Below are positions 50,791 to 64,000 of a stretch of DNA of 64,000 bases, piece by piece (positions within the stretch are counted from its first letter, which is position 1; the number at the start of each line of letters is the position of its first letter). This DNA comes from Octopus vulgaris. Taxonomy: Eukaryota. The DNA lies in contig OX597831.1 of the NCBI GenBank assembly GCA_951406725.2, positions 73,594,001 through 73,658,000 of the forward strand, given 5' to 3'. The notes under the pieces were generated by a model. That model did not search any database. It was not told where the DNA came from and worked only from the letters and a program-made list of their open reading frames with translations. Position numbers and translations under genes: made by a program.

Positions 50791-50925
50791 CAGACACACA
50801 CACACACACAGACACAAAATTCACGGACGCGCGCGCACACACGCACATCAATTTAATTAGGGACCAAACATTAATTAACAAGAAACAGGGTTCTCTGTGC
50901 ACTTTTAAGGGAACAATGAAAAACG

Positions 50926-50969
50926 CTACTACTACTACCACCACCACCACCACCACCACCACCACCACC

Positions 50970-51010
<41 letters not shown>

Positions 51011-51026
51011 CACCACCACCACCACC

Positions 51027-51067
<41 letters not shown>

Positions 51068-51178
51068 CACCACCACCACCACCACCACCACCACCACCAC
51101 CACCACTACTACTACTACTACCACCACCACCACCACCACCACCACCACCACCACCACTACTACTACTACTACTACCAT
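50926..51178. repeat. (CAC)n/(TAC)n compound repeat
   Basis: Alternating blocks. Confidence 0.95.
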
Positions 51179-51399
51179 ACACACACACACACACACCACT
51201 TCTGCTGCTGCTTGCACTACTGCTCCTTCTGATGCTATTTTTGTTAACCACAAGTGTCGTGTTAGAGTGTTACGCTTTAAGCAGCCTTAACTACGGAATG
51301 AAATCGGGGTCACCACCGAAATCTTGAACGAAATCAACGAACGTCTTCGAAATACGTGAAAGATAAAAATACGAAAATATGCTCCACGCAATCATCGCC

Positions 51400-51592
51400 G
51401 GTTTCAAATTTTGGCACCAGGCCAGCAATTTCGGTGGAAGGGATAAAGTCCAGTGCACGGAACCAAATGTTGAGCTGGGATTTGTTTTACTGACCCCGAA
51501 AAGATGAAAGGCAAACTCAGAATATAAAGGCGGACGAAATGCCGTTAAGCGTTTTGTCCGGTGCGGCGATAAATTCTGCGACTTCGCTCCTT
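51400..51592 (-). mobile_element. SINE family B, old copy
   Basis: GACCCCGAAAAGATGAAAGGCAAA core. Confidence 0.65.
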
Positions 51593-51692
51593 ACGTTTAT
51601 TGCACCGCGTTACGTATTTCACGTTGCGTTCTGCAAAATATGCAGACGGAACTGTCTAAAACAATGATTGCACAGTGATACACGCCAGACTC

Positions 51693-52675
<983 letters not shown>

Positions 52676-53236
52676 TGTAGATAAATAAACAAACCTTAAC
52701 CTAGATTGGTGAGGCTGGAATTAATTCTGTGTCAGACAAAAGCAATGCATGACTTCACACAACCAAAGACGGAACTCTGCAAGACACAGAAACCGAAATA
52801 AACCCAAATCTAAGCGAAGAATCTCCCAATAAATACAGGAAAATATCATCTACATTTAATGGTTGCTTCCAGGGACAATGTCCAGGGGCAATGGCATTGT
52901 TGTTGTTGTTGTTGTTGTTATTCTTCTGACTACCATTGTTGTTTTGTTTTGGTTTTTGTTTTTCGTTTTTTGGTGGTTATTCTTTAAGGGTTTTTGTCGA
53001 AGACGGGGGGGGGGGCATCGTTTAACTTAAAAAGGAAAAGAAAATAGAAAAAAAAAAGAAATGGCAAAAAAACCCCAAAACAAATAAAAAACGAAGTAAC
53101 AACAAATAAAGCTAACAAAAAAAAAACACTCCCGTTGTTGTTGTTGATGATGTGGTGGTGATGTTGATGATGATGACGATGACGGACCACGATGAAGAGG
53201 ATGTTCGAGTACTACTACTACTACTACCTCCACCAT

Positions 53237-53267
<31 letters not shown>

Positions 53268-53375
53268 GCCACCGCCGCCACAACCACCACCACCATCACC
53301 ACTACTTCTACTACTACCACCACCACCACCACTACCACCACCGCCGCCAAAACCACCACCACGACGACGACGACG

Positions 53376-53443
<68 letters not shown>

Positions 53444-53767
53444 ATTATCTTATACATCCTTCCGTCCCTTACCACAACGCAGTAAGAAATAATTCGAGGG
53501 GCATTTAGCTGCTATTTCTAACAGATCGAGTAACCGTACACAAGCTGCTCTCAATTGTTCCGTGAGACATGATGTCTTTGAGATCGATTTCTGGTTTGAG
53601 ATTAGGAAAGAGAAAAATCTTCCAACAGTTTGAAGAGTCTCAATAGTTTTGTCCAATTCTGTTAATAATCGATGTTGTGTGAGGTTTCAATCAGTATTGG
53701 CGGCAATAACTGCTGTAATCGATACAGGAGATTGATAATAAAGTGATTGGAAACTTTAGGTCTGTGG

Positions 53768-53830
<63 letters not shown>

Positions 53831-54003
53831 GATAGATACATACATACATAGATAGTTTGATACATACTTATATACATACATAAATGCATACATAAATAAA
53901 TGCATACATCCATCCATCCATACATCCATCCATCCATCCATCCATCCATCCATCCATCCATCCATACATTCATACATACATACATACATACATACATGCA
54001 TAC

Positions 54004-54905
54004 AACCCCCAAACAGCTGGGCTCTCTTACCTCAGAGAAGTCCTGGATGGAAAGCACTCAGCATACACAAAAAAAAAAAGACCATGCATGGGTATGTTGC
54101 CCGGAAGCTTGAAGAAGACAGTAGAATTGACACGAAGCACAATCTCTCTACATCACATCACAATATGAAGGCTATGCGTTTACAATCCAGGAACAGGAGA
54201 TTGCCACAAAGTACCTGGGGAACAAGAGAGACAGGGACGTTCTTGTAATCTCACGGTGCAATCGCATGTGTAGGCTGTCATGTTTCTGTGGAAGACATTA
54301 CGCATGTGATTAACAGCTGTCCTAAAATGTCCACCAAAAAGACTGTCCTGAAATAAACTTAGAAAATCCCTCTGTTATGGAATACATTCATAAAAACCAA
54401 TAGAAGGAATATTAGTAGAACAGTCCCATCAAAACCTCTGTCAAATGTAAGCATAATAGGCCGGATATTGTTGTTTGGGAGAGAGGGGCAAAGGTATGAA
54501 CCATCATAGAGGTTAGCTGCCCTGTAGATATAAATATCTCTTTGAAAATCAGTCAAAGAAAACGAGGATATCTATGGACAACTGCTTCGAAACCTCCAGC
54601 TTCTATATCCAGACTATGAATTCATATTCATACCATTAATAATTGGAGCACTAGGGTTTGTTAGTAAATGCCTAAAGAAGAATCTGGATAAACTTGGATT
54701 TTCAGAAAGAGAAATCGCCCGGCTGATTCGTATGTCACAAGTGCAATCTGTGAGTGGAACAGTAGAAATATGCAAGACTTTTCTCAAGTTCCAAATTTGA
54801 ATTTGTCTGTGTTAACTACATCCCAAAGATGGAGTCTTGTATCTTTGTTGAAAACCGGATCCCTCCTCAGTGGAAGATTTATAATTATTATAAAAAATAG
54901 AAGAG
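54004..54905 (+). pseudogene. R4-clade LINE 3' fragment (zinc knuckle plus RLE) embedded in (CATA)n
   Basis: TMHGY, EGYAFTIQEQEIATKYL, CRLC..EDITHVINSCP, HNRPDIVVW..IIEVSCP and IPLIIGALG...TVEICKTFLKF*. Contains stops and frameshifts. Confidence 0.85.
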
Positions 54906-55024
54906 ACATACATACCAACATACATACATACACACACACAGATACACAGACACAGACACACGCACATACGTATATACGTATATGTATATATACAAATATG
55001 ATTTTGGTTGACATCATACAAACA

Positions 55025-55187
55025 TGCGCATATAGTTGTGTGGTAAGAGGCTTGCTTCTCAACCACGGTGCTCCAGGTTCAGTCCCACTGCCTGACACCT
55101 TGGACACTTTTCTTCTACTATAGCCTCGGGCCGACTAAAACCTTGTGAGTGGATTTGGCAGACGGAAACTGAAAGATCCCCGTCGTA

Positions 55188-55190
<3 letters not shown>
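55025..55190 (+). mobile_element. SINE family A 5' half
   Basis: GGTTCAGTCCCACTGC...GGAAACTGAAAGA. Confidence 0.7.
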
Positions 55191-55234
<44 letters not shown>

Positions 55235-55430
55235 GTATTTAAAATATAAATTAGAGATAAAACCACAATTATGCGGTTCAAACAATGATACACATAAACC
55301 AAAATTTAAATAACAAATAAAATATATTTTTATAAAACATATAACTAGATCACAAGACGTATAAAAATGAATAATCAATATTTAATAATTAAAAAAACTA
55401 CGTACGTTTCATGGCTATAATTATACTCCC

Positions 55431-55532
<102 letters not shown>

Positions 55533-55677
55533 CATATATATGTATCTGTATACGTGCATACACACACACATACGTATATGTATATGTATCTATCCATACG
55601 TACACACACACCTAAATGTACACATATATACATCTATCTATCCATCCCAATATACAGACACATCTATCTATCTATCA

Positions 55678-55749
<72 letters not shown>

Positions 55750-55750
<1 letters not shown>

Positions 55751-56262
55751 CCACTTGAAAAGGAAAGTGAGAGTAGAGAGGCAAGTTTTGTCTAGCGAAT
55801 GTTTTAAAAAAAGATGGGTGAATGTAGCAAGAATGGCACGTATGAATGACGAAGCCACCTTGAGCATAGTCCTATGAACCCAGAAATCGAAAACAGAGAG
55901 TTGCTTATTTGCAAAAAAAAAAAAAAAAAAAAAGAAATATAAAATGTGACATCATTGACCGAGGTTACCGTGGTCTTTTCCGTAGGCTTTTCTTTGCACG
56001 GGTAAACCTCACCTGTCCTCCCCTTTACACTTCATATTGACATTTCTGTGATAACGATCCCTATTGATCAATTTTTTTTCCTCCCCCCCTTTTTTTTAAA
56101 CCCCCCTTTTTTTGTCCTCTTTCTCTCCTTTTACGATCCCTTTTGATCGAAACTCCCCCTTCCTTTTTTCTTTTTTTTTTTTTTCTTAAACCTTCAAAAG
56201 AAAAGCTCTACCTTGTAATTTGTTCTATCTGTGTGCAGCCCTGTGTGGCTAATAAAGAAACA
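55750..56262 (+). mobile_element. L1/Tx1-like LINE 3' end inserted in (TATC)n
   Basis: ORF end [22 protein letters not shown]...* (F..RW pattern), then 3' UTR and AATAAA at 56251. (TATC)n on both flanks. Confidence 0.55.
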
Positions 56263-56869
56263 TATCTATCTATCTATCTGTCTATCTATCTATCGATCGA
56301 TCGATCTGTCTGTCTTACTGTCTGTCTGTCTGTCTGTCTATCTCTCTCTCTCTCTATCTATCTACCAACCAACCTACCTACCTGCCTACCTACTTACCTA
56401 CATACCTACCTATCTATCTGTCTGCCTGTCAATCTATCTGTTTGTATGTCTGTCTGTCCATCCGTGTGTGTGTGTGTGTGTGTGTGTCTGTTTGTCTGTC
56501 TATCTATTTATCTATCTGTCTATCTGTCTGTCTGTCTGTTTGTCTATCTTGCTAGCTAGGTAACTGCATAGAAGTGTATACGTCTATGCTCATAAACATA
56601 CCTACACACACACACACACACATGCACACACGTCCTTTATATGCAGTACATAGACACACAAGGACAGACACAAAAGCATGTCATAGATACAAACCGACCG
56701 GCCAACCGGCCAACCAACGTACTGCATTGTTTACAGGTCTGTTAGTAATTCAAGTCACGTTATGCAAGGAAATCCTTAAAACCGATTCTTAACTGGAATA
56801 TTATTGCTAGAAACATCACCCACACATAATCATAACGTTTTCTGTAGCGAATCTTGAGAAAATATCTTA

Positions 56870-57280
56870 TTTACATACATACATACATAGATACGTACAT
56901 ACATACATACATACATACATACATACATACATACATACATACATAATACATATATACATACATACATTTATACATACATATATACATACATACATACACA
57001 CACATACATACATACATGCATACATACATACATACATACACACATACATACATACATACATACATACATAATGAATACATACATACATACATACATACAT
57101 ACACACACATACATACATACATATGGACATACATACATACATACATGCATACATACACTCATACATACATACATACATACATACATACATACATACATAC
57201 ATACATACATACATACATACATACATGCATACACACACACACATACATACATACATACATACATACATACATACATACCT
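56870..57280. repeat. (CATA)n array
   Basis: Direct observation. Confidence 0.95.
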
Positions 57281-57436
57281 GTGTGTGTGTATACAAAAAA
57301 TATGGCTGCGAGGAAAGAATTTTGCTTCCCCACCACCATATTTCCGGGTTCAGTGTGTAGCACCTTGCTCATGTTTCTTCTACCATATTCCTGGGCCAAC
57401 CCAGGGATTTAGTAGAAGAACTAAATATAAATATAT

Positions 57437-57485
<49 letters not shown>

Positions 57486-57500
57486 TGTGTCTCATAGACT

Positions 57501-58254
57501 CTCCTGTCGTTAGATGACATATGAGGGTTCGGCAGTTTCTTACCGATCAACCAACCAAACAGATGATTTGCTTATTGTGATCAAATGTTTGGGAAGACAT
57601 AAGCTCACCCCCTCCATCAAATCGACATTACCTGTACAGGGCGCAGGAGTGGCTGTGTGGTAAGTAGCTTGCTTACCAACCACATTGTTCCGGGTTCAGT
57701 CCCACTGCGTGGCACCTTGGGCAAGTGTCTTCTGCTATAGCCCCGGGCCGACCAATGCCTTCTGAGTGGATTTGGTAGATGGAAACTGAAAGAAGCCCGT
57801 CGTATATATGTATATATATATATGCGTTTGTGTGTCTGTGTCTGTGTTTGTCCCCCTAGCATTGCTTGACAACCGATGCTGGTGTGTTTATGTCCCCGTC
57901 ACTTAGCGGTTCGGCAAAAGAGACCGATAGAATAAGTACTGGGCTTACAAAGAATAAGTCCCGGGGTCGAGTTGCTCGATTAAAGGCGGTGCTCCAGCAT
58001 GGCCGCAGTCAAATGACTGAAACAAGTAAAAGAGTAAAAGAGTAAATGTTTGGGTAGACATAAGCTCCCTCCCCCCATCAGATTGACATTACCTGTACAG
58101 GTGCAACGAGTGCCACATGTCAGATGACGAAATGATTGCAGAGCAACATGAAATGAAGTGCTTTGCTCAAGAACACAACGCAACGCCCGGTCTGGGAATC
58201 GAACCCATGACCTCTCAATCGTGGGTGCAATACTCTAACCAGTAAGCCATGTGC
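57501..58254 (-). mobile_element. tRNA-headed SINE (family C-like head) hosting a family A copy; itself inside an old family A copy (57298-58386)
   Basis: Minus head GCACATGGCTTACTGGTTAGAG...GGGTTCGATTCCCAGACCGGGCGTTGCGTTGTGTTCTTGAGCAA. Confidence 0.7.
57640..58043 (+). mobile_element. SINE family A, young full-length copy with 58-bp flanking duplication
   Basis: Flanks 57583-57640 and 58044-58101 are about 90% identical. Confidence 0.9.
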
Positions 58255-58479
58255 ACATATCGGCAAAGAACTGATGGAGAATGTTCGAAGCTTAAAAAAA
58301 AAGTACTGGGTTCGATTTGTTCGACTAAATGTCTGCAATCTTGTGCTCCAGAATGGTCGCAGTTCAACGATTGAAACAAGAGAAAGTAAATTTAGAAAGT
58401 GAATTCAGATACACCGCATCTCTAAACACTTATGCATCCCCTTGTAAAATATCGATCGATCTATTTGCCTATCGATCTG

Positions 58480-58546
<67 letters not shown>

Positions 58547-58684
58547 ATATCTATCTATCTATCTGTTTGTCTATCTGTCTGTCTGTCTGCTTGCCTGTCT
58601 CTGTTTGTGCCTATCTGCCTGACTGTCTTTTTATCTATCCATACACACACACACACATACATACATATATACATATATACATAT

Positions 58685-58753
<69 letters not shown>

Positions 58754-58769
58754 CATACATACATATTCA

Positions 58770-58818
<49 letters not shown>

Positions 58819-58886
58819 ATACATACATACATACATACATACATACATACATACATACATACACATATATATATATATATATATAT

Positions 58887-59563
<677 letters not shown>

Positions 59564-59737
59564 TTATGCATAAATATATTTGTTTTATTCACGTATATGA
59601 ATATATATATGCATTATATATCTACATCTGTTTGTATGTATATTACATCATATATATATATATATGTATATATATATGTATATATATATGTATATATATG
59701 TATATTTATATATATACATATATATACATATATATAC

Positions 59738-59841
<104 letters not shown>

Positions 59842-59848
59842 GATATAC

Positions 59849-59915
<67 letters not shown>

Positions 59916-60222
59916 TATGTGCATACATATACATATATGCATGTGTGTGTGTGTGTGTGTGTGTTTGTGTAGGTGCACGCTAATACACGCGTGGGCGCTT
60001 GAACTCTTCCAAGTACCATTGAATAGGAATTACCAGTTTGTAGATATTTACATAAAATGAAGATTTTGCACTATCAAACCACGTGACCTTGGGTCAAAGT
60101 TACGTGTGTTTGGAATTAATTAAATTCTTTCGTTTTCTAGGAGAGAGAGAAAGAGAGAGAGTGCGAGGGGAAGGAGAGAGAGAGAAGTTGAGGGAGCGGG
60201 AGACAAAGAATGAGATAGTAAA

Positions 60223-60262
<40 letters not shown>

Positions 60263-60388
60263 TTGAGGAGTGAGAAAAAGTAAATGAAAGGGAAAGGGCA
60301 GGGTGTAGTGCTGCTTGAGTAACATCAAAGAGTAGAATCACACGCACACATACAGACACACACACACACACATGTTTGTGTATGTGTA

Positions 60389-60461
<73 letters not shown>

Positions 60462-60556
60462 CGGAAGGTTTACGAAAATAAACAAAGGACGAAGGCAGGT
60501 GGAGTACAAACAAACAATTGTATTGGTATGGCGCTCAGGAATATAAATAAAACAAG

Positions 60557-60594
60557 TCTTTTACGTTTCGAGCCTACGCTCTTCGACAGAAAGA
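60557..60594 (-). ncRNA. Minimal variant hammerhead motif in a Penelope-like fragment (60460-60665)
   Basis: TCTTT-CTGTCGA-A-GAGC(GTAG)GCTC-GAAA-CG-TA-AAAGA. The core deviates from consensus (CUGUCGA plus an extra A). Confidence 0.5.
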
Positions 60595-61119
60595 TACACA
60601 GAAAAGAAACAAGGAGAGAAACAAGGAGAGAAAAAAATTGCGTGTAGGGGCTAACGAACCAACACACATGTACACGAGTGTGCGTATCCTATGTATATAT
60701 ATGTTATGTGCATGTGTAAAATTTTGAAAACTTTTAATCACGAAACGTGAGACCCTTGAGTAACTGCTCTCTTATTTGCAGCTTCAAAAATAATAAAATA
60801 TTGAAATAATAATATAAAAAGAAAAAAAATGTATGACATAAAACTGAAAATGATATCCTCTTTGCAGCTTCGACAACATGTCACCTTATTTGTTCAAAAC
60901 ACGGCTGTTACAGGTCATCGGAGGTCGTCGCAATTGTTGTGTTGTTATAAGGCATTGACTTGCGATACCTGAGAAAAAAAAATGTTTTCGTATTCCATCG
61001 AAGAAACTAGGAGACGATTCGGTTGAGACAAAAACATAAAAAAGACAAAATAAACAATAAAATATAAAACAACCAGCAAGCAAACAAACAAGCCAAAAAC
61101 AAAATATTTATACTGATGC

Positions 61120-62755
<1,636 letters not shown>

Positions 62756-63370
62756 ATGGTGTATTGATATGGCGGACAAAAAGCCACGAATTTGAAGATT
62801 AAAAATTTAAAAAAAAGCGGGAAAGTCAAATACTTTTGGCCGATTATTTGTGAAATTTCTTTAATTCGTTCCTTTGTTTATGTTGTGAAATGTTTCAGTA
62901 AATATAGAAATTTAATGTTTTCAAGGGAAAAAGTCACCATGAAATACATTCTAGTTAACCCGAAAGAGGAACAGTGAAGATATTCAAGACTTTTCTAAGA
63001 TGCAGTAGGTAATTCTCTTTACAGTTGCTGACGTCTAAATTGCAATGAATGATAAAAGAATTAAAAATAAACGTGCCCCAACATGACCACAGCCGCATGG
63101 CTGAAACGAGTTAAAGAGTAGACCACCTAAACATCGTTTCGTACAAATACATAAATATATATAGACATATAGTTACAAAACTAGCCACATACATACGAAA
63201 TGAAGAGTAGCTAGACAACCGGCAGCTGATGAAGGGTCGTTCTTTGCGTCATTTGTCCTGTCTTCCATTTTTGTCTCTTGTTGTTTGCGTATGGAACTCA
63301 TTTGCTTTCGTATTTCATGTTGTTTACTGTTGGTGACGTCCTCTACCCATATATACCTATATATTATATA

Positions 63371-63637
63371 TAATAACAAAGGGTAAAATTAATTAATTAA
63401 GAATTAATCAATAATTTCACCAAGTGGAATTCGGTATGAAAAAGGACCATTTCACGGTAAGCTTAAGTAATACTTTATAATTAGGGTTCAGCAAAGATTT
63501 GCTTTGCACATACCAAAGTTTAGAAATAGCAGTAAAAAAACCTTAGCTATTTCTTCTACTTTAAAAAGGGACTCTCAGAAAAACCAAAATACTTGAAAAC
63601 AATCTATATATCTTTGCTGAACCCTAATTATAAAGTA
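63371..63637 (+). mobile_element. Penelope-like terminal fragment, same family as 16701-17056
   Basis: TAATAACAAAGGGTAAAATTAATTAATT start. Inverted end TCTTTGCTGAACCCTAATTATAAAGTA. (TA)n flanks. Confidence 0.65.
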
Positions 63638-63638
63638 C

Positions 63639-63706
<68 letters not shown>

Positions 63707-64000
63707 TATATGTACGTATACATGCATATATTTATATATTATTTATATTATATATATATATTTATATTATTATTTAATTGAACGCCACACATCCATTTCC
63801 AAGTACATACATGCATACAAACACATCTACTTACACACACAAACACACACATCTATATACATGCATACGTGTATATCTACATACATATATACATATAGAC
63901 AAATATTTACACCTCTACACAAACTTATATACATACATACATACATACATACATACACACATGCATACATGCATATATGTACACATCTACATACATAAAC

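Noticed and set aside
50672-51290. Poly-T, poly-V and Gly-Ser ORFs (also 53027-53508, 48064-48376)
   Set aside because: Trinucleotide repeats with no splice or domain support.

Overview
AT-rich, microsatellite- and retroposon-dense animal DNA. The repeat families (three or four tRNA-headed SINE families, Dong/R4, RTE and Penelope fragments) point to an octopus or other coleoid cephalopod; this is an inference. I can support only one host coding segment: a first coding exon on the minus strand (33697-33084). It encodes a long N-terminal extension, a signal peptide and an LRR N-cap, and ends at a phase-2 GTAAGT donor. It best resembles adhesion GPCR A (ADGRA2/3, GPR124/125). Positions 1-33083 are then intron 1 (no second LRR exon found), about 33.7-39.3 kb is a SINE-free leader/promoter region, and positions above about 39.3 kb are upstream DNA. 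Nearly all other listed ORFs are microsatellite or repeat artefacts. Notable mobile or structured items: two Helitron-type elements, piggyBac-type and Merlin/MULE-type MITEs with TSDs, a solo LTR, R4/Tx1-like LINE fragments each sitting in a different microsatellite, Penelope-like fold-back fragments carrying hammerhead ribozyme motifs (one canonical, several variant), a SINE repeatedly inserted at the same base of its own family, a 17-bp motif found three times outside repeats, and a 28-aa uORF ending VWRP-stop.
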